A DNA stretch of 63,944 bases, the filler included, from Platydemus manokwari (taxonomy: Eukaryota), in NCBI GenBank assembly GCA_037951405.1. It is 4 parts of 4 records of this genome, joined end to end, with 100 filler letters (N's around TTAATTAATTAA, not from the genome) between each part and the next. Parts side by side here need not be neighbours in the genome. Positions count along the whole stretch, not along the records: positions 18,349 to 42,809 come from JBBMOY010222227.1; 3 more parts are not named here. The stretch is one strand, 5' to 3'. The position numbers were made by a program, and so were the translations under genes. Positions 26,480-40,300 of this stretch are shown here, piece by piece. How positions within the stretch are numbered: the stretch's first letter is position 1; each line of letters begins with the position of its first letter. The notes under the pieces were generated by a model, which was given only the letters and a program-made list of their open reading frames with translations, did no database searches and was not told where the DNA came from.

Positions 26480-26982
26480 AATTAAAAGCATATTTGAAAG
26501 GTTTTATTTTTTTTTCTTGAGATATCTGTGAACAGAAGCTTGTGAAGTTTCTCGTGCAGTTACTCATTGATTTGTGTCATCATTTTCTTTTACAAAATTT
26601 ACTATCTTTTCCTTCATGATTTCATCACACGGTCTTCCTGATTCCAACCTGGTGGATAAGTTTCCAGTTTCTTTAAACTTCTGTTTCCAGTACTGCATTA
26701 TTGTCCTAGCTGGTGGTGCTCAATTGAAATGTTGTTGAAATTCTTGGAAAAATTGCCACTACTTTGGTGTACTATTGTATGGATAACTTTAAACACTATC
26801 CGCAAGCGAAAATTCAACATCATTAGCTGCTTCCCCCATATTGTAATAATGTAACTTATTAGTAAGAAATAAAGCACATTAATGAGTGAATAATAATTAA
26901 TATCAATGAGTATAAATATATGAGTATAAATTACATTGTTTTATTTTAGTTTAAGAGACGGGGACTTATAAATTGCACGGTA
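26480..26982 (-). mobile_element. Tc1/mariner-superfamily remnant, second copy (5' TIR and HTH region)
   Basis: Begins TACCGTGCAATTTATAAGTCCCCGTCTC on minus; encodes APPARTIMQYWKQKFKETGNL..SGRP..TSQASVHRYLKKKKIKPFK. Direct repeat of 22141-22534. Confidence 0.75.
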
Positions 26983-29414
26983 TGTATATTTGAAATTTTA
27001 AAATTTATTTATCGTAGAAGAGTCAATGGAAATAATTATTTTATTATTGCCCTTGACCTAAACTCCGATAATTGATTAAAATTTATAGTTCATATTAATT
27101 ATACTTATTCCTTAATAAATCATCGTCATTGTTTAACGTTATGATGGAATAAATTATTATCCTAACTATAAAAATATGCGATTCAAATTTCTATAAATAG
27201 TAATGTAAAGAATCTTTTGATCACATTTCTAGAATTGATGATAAAACTATAAACTAAAACTACTACATTATTGAAAAGTAAATAATAGTGGAAATCGCTG
27301 CCAAATTTCAAGGTGAGGAGAGTGAATGAGATGTCGTCAATAAAGGTATTTATTAATTATCTATGCGCTAACAGTTGGTAAGCCCTATTGAACTCGGAAG
27401 AAATTAATAATTTATTTATTCCTAGAAGCAAATGTCATTTAGTATTATAAAAAACAATCAAAGTGGGATGTCCTTCGTATGTATTTACTGAAAGCAAATT
27501 TCAATTAAGGCTCATTTTGTTGTTGTTGTTGTTATTATTAGGCTCTCTCATCATTTTTCATTAGGGTCTTAACCAAATTCCATCAATCTCAATGAGGATT
27601 ATGAAAATTAAAAAGAATCTTATTTACATTTTCAAATTGTTGATAGAGAATGGAGAACAGATCAATAAAATATCATTATTAGAACAAAATAGATAATTAA
27701 TCTATTTTTGTCTTTATATAACTTCGGTGGCCAACAGAGCGTCATAATATTCTTACTGTTTCATGAATGAAAATCAACTTTATATTAAGCTCATAACTTT
27801 ATCAAATTAAACAAACAGCAATAGCAACTTCAAGGTTCTGACTTCGAATATCATTTTATTAATCATCCATGATAATTATCTCAAATGAAATTTGAATATG
27901 ATTTTTTTGAGACTTCTTCTCCTTTGTTTTAATTTCTATATCAGTAATTGTTCATATTTCTTTTTCATTCCCTTTATTTTCATTACATTACTTATTACTG
28001 TGCATCAATAATATTTCTATCACCTTGTGAATTTCATTGTTTCCAGATTGTTTACAATGATACTGCAATGTATTATATAATCATTCAAATCGACTGCATC
28101 TTTCTTTACAATTAGATTCTGTTCAGCAATTTTTTCGCCTTGCAAATTTTGATTATCATTTTGCCGTAATTTATTTTTCTCCTATTACTTATTCAATTCT
28201 TACAGGGTTTATCATTGATTATTGAAAATTCCCAATCTATTGTAAATGTACATTGCTTTCAGTTATCCGTACTCCATGTTCATAGGATTATAAAATCTTA
28301 TCATGTATTAATAACAGTGAAACAGTTTTTGCAAGGAGATTCTTCGACAAAAAATTCACAGCCAGAATTACAAAAAATAGGATTAATATTGAATTAAGGC
28401 TTTAAATGATTTAGAAAATTAATAAGATACTACTGTTAGTAGTATTACAAACTGTTATTATAAAAAGGTAATGGAAATTACTGATTAAAAATCGTTGCCT
28501 AAAATAGTAAGTCAAATTAATATTCGAATGAGTATATGAGTTTGTATAAAGTTGTTACATCACCAAATTGGCGTTGTTAAATTAAAATAAGCAGCCACAT
28601 TTTCTGTCTAACTCGTACACTGCACCAAAGAGTTTTACATAAATGATTGATTATTATACCAGTTATTTATACATTGTTGTTGTTTAATTTTTGTACCTTT
28701 GAAAGCTTTGGAAATTTGTTTAAAAATTCAGGAATCTTTATTTGAATGAGTTATTAAAATTTAAATACATTTCAAAGTCTCCATGAAACTTCTCAATCGT
28801 TAAAGTCTCCACATCAATTTAAACTTGAACCTTCACAATAAATTAGAATTGAGTTTAATTAGTATTTTAATTGATAAAAGTAAAGTCATTTAGTTTCCCG
28901 ATATAAAAGTGAAATAATTAATTTTTATATTATTACGTTTTGTTAAAGATTTCTCCCAACCGACCCTAGATAACTTTCGAAAATTGTCAATATTAAATAA
29001 ACCTTTAATTCCATGGATAAAATTCAAGACAATTTAATGATGCTTGTTTTCACAAATTCAGCTATCAAAAATATTTATGGTTATAAATAATTTTTAAATT
29101 TGTCAGGAATTTGTAAATATCCAATAATTAAAATGAAATGTCCCTGAAATTTAATGTAAATATTAAAATCTTAAATCAGATAAAGATTGATAAAATCCTA
29201 TATTATTTATTTATGAAGAAAATAGTCTAAGAAGATTTAGTTAGTGTAGGTTGTTCTAAAACAAGCGTTATCTATTTTTTCTAATTCAGCGTAACGTAAA
29301 TGTTTGCGGTTAAATAAATGTTATAAATTCAGTTCAGAACACATAATTTTCTCACATAGGAACACCTTTGTAAAATTAACCTTGTCAATTGCGTTAAGAA
29401 TAAGCATAATCAAC

Positions 29415-29460
<46 letters not shown>
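29415..29460. repeat. (TAA)n microsatellite
   Basis: About 15 uninterrupted TAA units. Confidence 0.97.
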
Positions 29461-29461
<1 letters not shown>

Positions 29462-31436
29462 GTAACAATAATAATTATTATTACAAGATGTTTACAAATA
29501 ATCCTATTAATTAAAACAGTACTATTCACCTAATTACCATGGTGATTATAGGTGTAACTATAGTATTTTAAAATTTGAATATAAGTATGACAAAAATATA
29601 AAGCACCATAGTTTATTATTAAAAATCAATAAATTAATCATCAGCTCACAAATAAAATAGTATATAAATAGAACTCAAATCATAAATATTCGCAATTAAT
29701 TTCAGCACATTTACTAATATTCATTCTTAACAGATTTGCGCATTATTAACGGAATCGATAGTAATCATTCATTGCAAATTATTGTTCGTGGAGTTAATTA
29801 TTTGCAGTGATTCAATCTTTTAATTATGAAAAATTCAATTATTTTTCTACATTTTGAAGTTCCATTAACGTCCGTCTGAAGATTAGTCGTGACCTTTTAA
29901 TTAGTTGACTGCAAAGCTCTTGTATAATCATTTCCATAGTCTTTCGTCCAATCATTGTTGCACATAGTCCCCTCTGTTCACTGTCTTCAAGTCACTACAG
30001 CTTATCCTGTATAAAATTATTGCATCATACATTTGGAAATATTTATTATGTCAAATATATGATTTTAACTTATTGTATTATTCGATTATTTCTATTATAT
30101 GCACGCGATACATACTAATCTGCCAGGAGTTAGATATTTATGGAAACATCTAATATCTCTCATTGGAAGAAATTGGCTCTTAAATAACATTATGTAACAA
30201 AGATGATAGTATTAGTATCGATAATGATTCCGGAAACATGTCATCAACCAATAATGTAGAAAAAATGATATACTATGAGCAGTTGTTGAATATACGTGCA
30301 GTCACAACATAAATAAATAATACGCAATACATACCGTTATAAATAATTATAAATATAAAATTGATTCACATCGTAGGAAGTAATAATTATAATGAAATTT
30401 CAAATTTGAAATTTAAATCATCGTGGCAAACTGCGAAATTACCATAGGCAAATATTAAATGATTAATAAATTTAACAAACGCCCACAATCAAAACTAGTA
30501 TATAAACTAACACATTCGCCAGTAAAGATACACAGTAAATTTAGAATCAATTTGTACTCATCACATGAAGGCAAACACATATTCAATCATTCACTACAGA
30601 TTTCATTATATATTCCGAATTATCATTCGCTATCGTATTTCATAAGCCTAATTAGCAAGTTATATTATGGGAACATTAGGCACATTTAATTCGTATTTTC
30701 AACCAAGGGATTTATTCAAGGTAATTCAATTACAATTATCTACTGAATCATAGCAACTATTACTCTTATCATTATTAACTTATTCGCATCAATCTCCGAG
30801 AGGAGATTCATTGTGAAATATTGATTAAACTTACTTCACAAAGTCCAAACAGAATTTGTTGAAGCATGAAATCAAAACCTTTTTCATAGGAGTGTGGTGC
30901 TAATTAGTTTCCTTCGTCAATTTTTTCATTCTTGAGAGTGGTTGCTTGCACTGATAGGCTCAACTATCAGTAAGCTATTCGGTAAAGAGAGCTCCTTCGA
31001 CACAGCATAGGAGTCTTAATTTCGAATCTTACAATAATATAAATGGAGAAAATTATTTATAAAAGATAAAATAAATTTAAAAAAAATTGAAGAGCTAAAA
31101 AAGAGGAAAAAATTATAAAAATGAGATCCATTCAGAAATTTAAAAATCTTTTTTCTAGATATTAAATAAAAAATCGAAATGACTACTAATGAATCTCACT
31201 TTGAACATTGTTATGTAATATGTGATTATTGCGTAATGAATATAAAATTCATGTTCATAAATAATAAATATTTCCACAAATATCCTGAACATTCTCAACT
31301 TATTTTTAATTCAAAATATAATACAATATATTATTTATAATTGTATTTATAGGTATCATTCATATAATTGCTAGAATGATTAGGATAATTATTGTGTGGT
31401 TGCTAAAACATCCTTGAAAAATTAAAATCTCCAAAT

Positions 31437-31814
31437 CAGCGGTTCTCAACCTTTCTTCTATGGCGACCCATTTCCCCATTTTTAAGATCCTGGCGACCCC
31501 AAAGAAAATCAATATTACTAAAAATAAATCATTACTCACTATATTTAATAAAACCAAATAGCAACATTTCATTGATTTACAACAAGTAATGAATTGCCTA
31601 TAATAATAAGATTATCAGATAATAACATTACCTATAAAATACTTAACTGTAATAGTCAGGTTAATTGTGAAGAGAGGTAGTTTAGTCAACATCACAAATT
31701 TTTTATTTAACAGCATCATAAAACACGATTTTTCACATGTAATGGTCTGTACACTTACCATAATTCGGTGACCCGTTTAAAAATACCCTCCTACCCCGGG
31801 GTTAAGAACAACTG
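31437..31814. mobile_element. hAT (Charlie-like) MITE
   Basis: TIRs CAGCGGTTCTCAACC / GGTTAAGAACAACTG, subterminal GGCGACCC repeats and a degenerate 8-bp TSD CTCCAAAT / TTCTAAAT. Confidence 0.8.
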
Positions 31815-32839
31815 TTCTAAATGATCGATCAAAATAATTTGAAATTAAAAAAAATAATCTCATATCAAACTGAATAAGCAGTACCCTGTCGTAATGGAAA
31901 ATTCACATCAGAAAAATGAATAAATCGTCGACGACATTTCAAAATGGTTAGAAACGCGACAAAGTGGTAAGGATGAGTGGATTATTGGAAAACAATATTT
32001 AAAAAGAATTGTTAAAAAAGAAAATCTCACGAATGCAACCAAAACCTATTCAAATGTAATTCTTTCACAATATAAATGCAATTAATTAATTATTCATAAC
32101 AATATTTGACTTCTAAATGTTTCGTGAAGTGGATGTTGTAAATATTTCAGTGCTTTTTGTAAAGAAAAACGAAAAAGATTTACAATATTTTATAAAATTT
32201 TAAATATTTTGAAAATGATTATTATTGAAATATTTTGAATTGATTAATTGGTGCTAACAACACACAAATTTTTAAGCAGGGGTTGTACAGTATAGGTGAT
32301 ATTTCAGAGTATATGAATAATTCACCTTCACTTTTAAAGAGGAAATATTTATCAAATACTCTTTGGGCTTTTTAACATAATTAAAGCTATCTTCTGATTA
32401 TTAGTACTCATTGAAAACAGGGAAACTGAGATTTATTATTCATAAACATAACAGTCTTCATGGCGCGGTCACAATTCATCACGTCGACTTTTGAATTGAA
32501 TTCTTAAGATCGATGTTTCTGATATTCTGATTCGAGATTTCTTCGTTTTAAGTCTTCAACATTGCCGAATAGCTCTGTTATACACTTGTTGTTTTGGCTG
32601 GCCAGTACTGAAGAGTTAGTACTCGATCTCAACAAATATTCTATTATGTTTACCGAAATGACTCTGAACCAAACACCTCTTTTCACTGATTTCATATTAT
32701 TATTCAATAAATGTTTTAATGATATTTTTGTGTTCTCATTTGTATTTAATTAAAAAGCACTTTTACAAAACTATAGATAAATCACATTCCTGTTGGAGTT
32801 TTATTAAAGTGATTATATAAATAAGTATAATTTTTTATT

Positions 32840-33144
32840 TGTTGGGAAGGTGCTCCGCAAGATAGAGTTAAATGATGAAGGGAATTGGAAGGTCGTCGTG
32901 TATCGTGGAAACAAACCCGAGAAGGCCATCCGGGGAGAGAATTTTCCATTTGTGTTGTCTGTTTTGGTAGTTGTCATGTGATCAGCTTACTGTGTTCATA
33001 TCGCTTTGAAAGATTATCAATTACCCTATTGCTGTATTATCAGTGGGTTGTATCACAAAGTAAGGTTCTGTAACTCGTTCTATATTATCAGGTTCATTAA
33101 ATGGTCGACTTCCATTCTTGAACCCCTTACTCTCAAATATTACA
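32840..33144 (+). mobile_element. Probable solo LTR (~305 bp)
   Basis: GC-richer block bounded by TGTTG...TTACA, with ATTAAA about 45 nt before the end; flanks TTATT / TTACC could be a decayed 5-bp TSD. Confidence 0.4.
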
Positions 33145-36100
33145 TTACCTCCAATATGTAACTTGTAGTTCTCATCATATGTTTTCCATCTGATCATGTC
33201 GATATCAGTTTGTCTTTTATCATGCTAATGCTAATTATTTCTTCATAATCACGACATAATATTCTTCATCAATCCTTTAAGATAACTGCGAATCAAATGT
33301 AATGTCTATAACATGTTACTAAGTGGTAAAAACAATAAGTAAAACTAGTTGTTGCTGGTAGTCGACTGCTTGGCGATTCGATATGCAAATAATCAATATG
33401 AGAAATTAACAACCCAATTTATTTGAGCACTTTGGTGTGAAGGCTAAGATATCAATGAGTTCCTGCTGAATCATTCCATCGAAATAAATGCAGAATAAAT
33501 TCATCAGTATATTATTAGGGAGATGATTTATGAATTAGTTAAGTAGTATACAATCTTTTTCATCTCAAAGTATTTTAAAATATTAGATATCGGTTGATGA
33601 GCTAGGTTTATTTGACCTTGAAGGCTCAGTTTGATTTAAATAAGACATATTTTCAAGGTTACGGTAAAAGTAAAAATATGTAATCCGATGAATGACTTGA
33701 AATTTCATTTGTTTGAAATATCCCATTGATTAATTTCGAAACAACGATAAATCGATTATGAACGATTGAAGTTTTCAATGATGAAAAATAATGAAAATTG
33801 TAACTAAAACTACGCAAAGTAAAGTTTAATTTTTCATTTCAGAAAAGTATTGATGAATTTTTCAATTACTTTTAAAATATCCATTTCCTTCTTTAAATAT
33901 TTCTTGATCGCCTCACAATTAACGATGGAATAGTTAGTAATGTTTAAAAATCTCATCTAATCTCAACGCAAATTAAAATTAGGAAATTTTCATTTTCAAC
34001 CTTAGATCAAATAAACATGGCTTAAAAATTTCATACGGTAGGTGTTTCATTTTGGATAACTGAAGGATTGTAGGAAAAAAATGATGGTCTAAGGAAATCG
34101 AAGGGTTCCTTTTACTGGGTTACTATTTATCAATTCTGTGCTGATAATTTATTTATTATTTCTTTTTCGATAAATAGTTTCAAAGTTAAATTTATAATTT
34201 TTTTAAAAATTTGTATCGAGATGAGTTGAGAGGCAACATAATAAGGACAAATTCTCAAAAGGTTCGAAACACACATACTCGGTGAGCGCACATGCCAATA
34301 ATTAATCAGATAACTCCAAAATACCAATACATAAAAAGAATTCAGCTATAAATTGGCGCGCATAAACCAAAGGCAATAAACGCCAAGATCAGTCAATGGC
34401 TCTGAGTTAGAAGAAAATCTGCTAATAAACTATTATGTATACTGTTTCATAAAATAGAAAATGTTAAGCCAACAGGTAAGACAGGCACAGCAGATCTTGA
34501 AAAGAGTCAGGTCTGAGAAATAACTTCCAATCCTTCTTGGATAGTAATTCTTGTCTGCCTTAATCTTTAAAGTGATTATTCTAATGACCAATTTTTATAG
34601 TCATTGTTTCTGTTTTAATTTTATCTTTCTATTACTGAATCGTGATTATTGGACGTGTATTGATAGGTATAATTTTTATATTCAGTGTTAGCAAGCATTA
34701 ATTAACATGTGGAGGTAAGAAAATAATTTAGCTTTGCAATTTTAATATAATATAAATAAATAAAATAAACGTTTAATTCTACTAGTCATTGTTGATGTGG
34801 TATTTTGAGAATTATTGGTATCTCATTTTCAAAATTAAAAACCATTTTTAAACATCTCATTATTTTATAGTTACGCAGGATAAAAAGATTATGAGATAGG
34901 TTATAAATGGACTGTATAATAAAATTATGAACAATTGGAATTATAATATTATTATTTTATATTTTATAACATCTTCAATGCTGTGTTGAATCAACAGAAA
35001 TGAAATTTATCTGATTGCAATATGACAGCAGAAGAATTCTTATCGAACAGGTATTATTTAGAGTTCAAAAATAATGCAGAACAATCTGTCGAATTTTTTC
35101 CTGACTCAGGACTCACGTTATTTTTCTTGAAATAAAATTTTCACGAATTAAAATATTGCAAGAAAATTTTATAAGATAAATGAGTTACTAAAATATAGAT
35201 ATACAATCGATGCAAAAGATATGAAAATCGATACAAGAATTAATGAGAATGACACAGTTTTGAAATTATAAATATTTTGATACCAACTTTTAATGGATGA
35301 AAAATTAAAATTTCCTTTGGTTTAAAGAGATGTAAAAATAATGATTCGGGTTTCTCATGTTGGATTTACTTCAATACTTATCTGACCTATTACAATACTC
35401 AAATACTTAGGAATAATATTTCAAATTCCAATAAATCAGTCTGGGATTTTGCTGATCCTGTCGAAGTCGATACTTTTTCTGATGACAGTTGTATTTATTC
35501 GAACGAAGCCACAATAATCAATTTCAAGATATAAGTTGCCTGGAAACAACGTTACAGCGTTTCACATGTATTTGATCTAATAATAATTATGATTATAAAT
35601 GCCAACACCTCAAAACAAATCAACTACTGTCTTTATTACTACCAAGGTTGATAAAATATAATTTAAAAATTCCATGTGCTCTCAGTTTAGTAAGCTAATA
35701 AATATATTGATATTCTTGAAAACCAGAAATTATAATCAAATTACTAAAATATTTTTCAAATCAAGTATAAGAATAAGAATGTCAAACGTATAATTGTTAA
35801 AGATCTGGATAGTTTTTATGTGAGATAGTTGGTAAATGAAATACAAAATAAGAATCTACAATTTGCAAAAATAAATTGATTAGCTTATATTATGATATCA
35901 AAAGGGTTTAATTAACAATTTTTATCTTATCTGGACTCCAACAGATAAGCTTGTTGCTGCAGATAAATCGTCGGTTGATGATAGTCAAGATAATATTTAA
36001 AATATAAATATATTGGGTTATGTAAAATCAAATTTTTAAAACTATTCTATTGTTTTAAGATCAGCAACCCCAATATAACAGTAACCGGCTTAGTTCTTAG

Positions 36101-37329
36101 GTAGCCAGATAAGTCTCTCTAACAAAAATAAAGTGGGGAACCAAGTGTGAGACTCTTAATTGATAATTATAACAGTAAAAAATTCACTCATTGCAAAATG
36201 CCTCGAAAGCATATTTATGTATCAATTGTCCAAGGTTTGCAAAAAATTATAAATCGTAATTGTCAATATGCATTAACTGTCTTTGATTTGATCAATAAAT
36301 ACTTATTTGTTTGGAGCCAGAATCACAAGATTATATTAACAAGAAATTCTATAGTCGTTAAGTAATTTTTTTTTTTACTTTATAAATAACATTCTCACTA
36401 AACTCGAATGTGAAAATATAATTGATTGTAAGTGCTTACGTTTCAAAGCATGGTTTTTGTTTTTGTCAATAAAAATGATAATTACGATAGTCATATCTCA
36501 ATTCTATAATATTTAATAACTAGAGAAAATTCAATTGTGGACAGAGGGTTTGTTATCATTCTTGTTATTTCTAATCCTTACTGAGTTCATAACAAATGTG
36601 CGTTGTCCTAATTTTATCTTATTATATATTTAACAATATAATAAAGATTATTCGACAGCGTTAACAATAAGCAAATTCTTGTTCAATGTGGATACACTTT
36701 TCATGTATCTGTTGAGGTTTTCAAAATCAGACATTTGTAAAAAACATTTGCACGATATAAGGTGCATATGGATATCGAACAATCTTATTTATTAAGTGTA
36801 TACCATTAATAAGCAATTTTTTTATCTGAACGTTGTAAAGTAAATTTTTATATCTGTAAATTAACCATAATATTTTTTTATATATTAATTGGCAATCTGG
36901 CAGGAAATCTAAAAAGATATAATAATTATTATTAAATTGTAAATTATAAATCCAGAATTTAATACATAATTATTTACCAATAATAAAGACAATTTTAGAA
37001 ATAAAATATAGTTTAATAATAATTAAGTTTAGCTATAAATTTAGTTAATAATAATTTCGATAAAATACATAAATTCAATTTAGAAAATAATCATTAATCC
37101 CGCTTTTAATTGATAGACAGTAGAATTTTAAATCAAAACAGTATCCCGAAAATAATAGGAAGAATAAAACCCTCATTGTTAGAATTCGGCAACAATATTA
37201 ATTGCATTCAATTTGTAGTAGTCGTATAGTAATAACAATTAAAACGAAAAAGCAGCTCACATTTTAAATTAGCTCACATTTACCCATTGTTTCCTTTACC
37301 TAGGCAAGTAGTATATAAGATCAACAACA

Positions 37330-40300
37330 ACTAGTGGCTTTTCCCATTACTTTATTTGAAACCACCACAGAAGATCAGTGTTCAAGCACATTATCAGAAA
37401 TCACTTAGCCGTTATGAGAAAACATTCGGTTTGCCAAAGTTAAGCAAAGTCAATTCTCCGATCCAATTTAAAAGTTTATACCCCACAATTTCCACAGGAA
37501 GAGAATATTATATTTCAAATTGCCCATGATTGTATAATTCCATCATTTGACTTCGCCCATGTTCTGAGCACACCCACGATCAAAGTGTGAAGTTCAACCG
37601 TAAATTTTGGCTTGTTCTTTTTGACCTCTTTTTTGAGACTGTAGTACTTGGTGAGGTTATTTTGATTTGTCTCATCAATTACCCTTGCCTCATTTATGGG
37701 GCATTTGATGTCAATTAACATGGTAGATTTTCTGTCATTCACCGTTTGTAAGTCGACTCGAAGGTTGGAGTTAGCAAATTGACATTTCTGATCCATAAAG
37801 ATTCTATAATTGGTATGATATTCCACACACTTTGCTACAATCTCTATAACTTCCTTGTGCCTAAAAGTTACAAACGAGTAAGATGGTTTACACATTGTGA
37901 AAATGCATTTGCGATTCTATTGGGTACAGACATTTAAGGCACGCCATCCCGCCCATGTATTTTTTATTCAAAGTCGGTATGGTATAAGTTTTGGCTTTGT
38001 TGATGAATCCGAACTTTACAATGGTTAAGTGGCCATGGAATACTGTCTTGCTCCACATATGGCTAACCGTACCACATAAATTATTGCATCTCCTGCTTCT
38101 GATTTGTTCATTCCACTGTATTTGGAACGATTGAATGTTTAATATTCTTTGATTCCAATGTCACTGCTTTTGTATAGCTAATACCATTGTAGCTGATATT
38201 TTGATCGATTCTGAGCATGAGGGCACCATTGATTGTCTCAAAGCGAAATTCTGTGTGGAGTTTATTCGCTGCATATTTGATCCCCTCACGGACTTTGTCC
38301 CACCATGTTTTGCTTCTGCGAGTACCAGAAATGTGTGAGTTCATCTAATTGAATGTGTCGTTGATGTCATTCATCTCTATTTCGGTTTTTGCTGATTAGT
38401 ATAGAGAGTGCACCGCTGTCAGTCTGATAACTTCATGCTTCTCGTGAGGAGATAGTAGGCATGGATTATTGATTGAATTGTATAACTTTCTGTCATATTT
38501 CTTAGACCACATCATCCATTGGCTTAAGAGGCATATAGGTAATTTGTACTGCAATTTTTTGGTACACCCAATATTGTCTTCAGGTATTTACTCATCATAA
38601 TGTCGAATTCGTTGAGTTTTGTACAGGTGATATAATAATTTCTCAAGAAGAAAGTGCATTTTGTATAGATAAGCAGTTCAAATGCTCTGATTTTCTGCCA
38701 TGAGAGCAGAATTGAATTTGTGAGCATTTCCATCGTAGTTTTTATATCGTTGAATAGATTTTCTGTGGAATTGTAACTTTAGTGAGAAATTTACACCTAA
38801 ATACCGATAATGTTTGTCCATAAGGATTATTGGAATTGATTCATTGCTCACTTCTAAGTTATCTAGCTTAGAGCCCTTTCTTTCATTGTGTAGGCATCCG
38901 CATTTTGATGGTTTGAAATTGAATCCGAGTGAGGTCGCCAGTTTGGAAGCCTCATTGATCATTGATTGTACACTATTGGTGTCCCTACCGATCCGCGCAA
39001 GGTCATCAGTATATGCCAGGCAAGAGATTTTGTTATTAGCCAATAATAATCCACCCAATCGATTTTGATCCATATTGACAAGAATTGGGTTCATTGAAAT
39101 GTTGAATAACAACATTGATATTGGGCAACCTTGTTTCAACCATGTTTCATTTTGTAACCCCATGTTTCATTTTGATCGAACACGTCTCATAATTTACGCA
39201 TTTGAAAGTAGTCCAGCAGTTTTACAGGCATTTGACCATTTTTAAAGCATTTTCATCCGGGCCCATAAATTCCAATATCTCCGTCATTGCTGTAATTTTT
39301 ATCAAAGGAAAGGTCTCCTCAATGTCCATGAATGAGATTTGAATGAGATTGAGACTCTCTTCCTTTCCTTTAGTATTTCTCTTACAGAGCTCAAGGAATA
39401 AAGTTGTACTCCGCGCACACATCAGTTGGCTCCAGACTCTTTTGCAATATATGAATTAGGTTGTTCTCATCGATCCAGTTGTTAGCACAGGATTGTTCTT
39501 AGTATTTTGTAACAACATTCGAGGAGGGCGATCTGTCTCCATAATCCGACTCTGTCATATTCACCCTCCTTCATCGGTTTGGGGATTATCATCGTAGAAT
39601 ATGTTTTCCATTCTTCAGGAATATTTTTAGCTTCATGCACTTGTCAAATAGTACTTTCAATAATTCACAGTATGGGTCGACATAAAATATATCCTTGTAT
39701 CCGATATTGTTCCTTCCCGGAACTGTTGGATTCTTTTCACGTAAAGTTTTATATATTTTTTCAATGTCAATAGTCTGAAATAAAAAATTAGGACCTCTTT
39801 TCGCATGCCTTTATAGTTCACAGAATTAATTGCATTGCGTCACCCCTCATTGTTCCTTTTTGATGATCGATAATAGCTTGGTTGGCTTTCACCTTAATTG
39901 CCATTGTATTAATTCGGAACAGGCTACTATTGTTGCAAGTATTGCGTATAAAACCGAAGACCAGTAATCTGTGTTATCCAAAGTTCATTTGCAACACTCT
40001 AATGTGGTTAGCCTCGACGATATCAAATCCTTTTTTGTTCCATACTGGAATTGAGAAATTTTTCATTTACGTTATTTAGTATACTTGCCTTCTCATCGTT
40101 CTGCAAGTTGTCTTCTGGATCAAGCATTATTATTTCGTTTGTTGTAATGTTTGCTATCACTAATATCCATTTCTTACACTTCATCAGTAATGGACAGAAG
40201 ATAATATCTCTATTGTTGAAATATTTTAAGGATAGGAATTCCTTGATTTCTTCGGCTTATAGTGTCTCTCCTAGCTAGTACGACCATATTCTTATCTGTG

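Noticed and set aside
27560-28400. Decayed coding-like minus-strand region with a hydrophobic start, possible env-like remnant
   Set aside because: No diagnostic motif and many stops; cannot be assigned without a profile search.
34950-35560. FFPDSG and TFSDDSCIYS fragments resembling retroviral protease and RT motifs
   Set aside because: Spacing and surrounding residues do not support a pol gene; may be chance.
37240-37400. Search for an rDNA, spliced-leader or U2 target at the 3' junction of the NeSL-like element
   Set aside because: No recognisable match by eye; needs BLASTN against the species' own SL RNA, snRNA and rDNA sequences.
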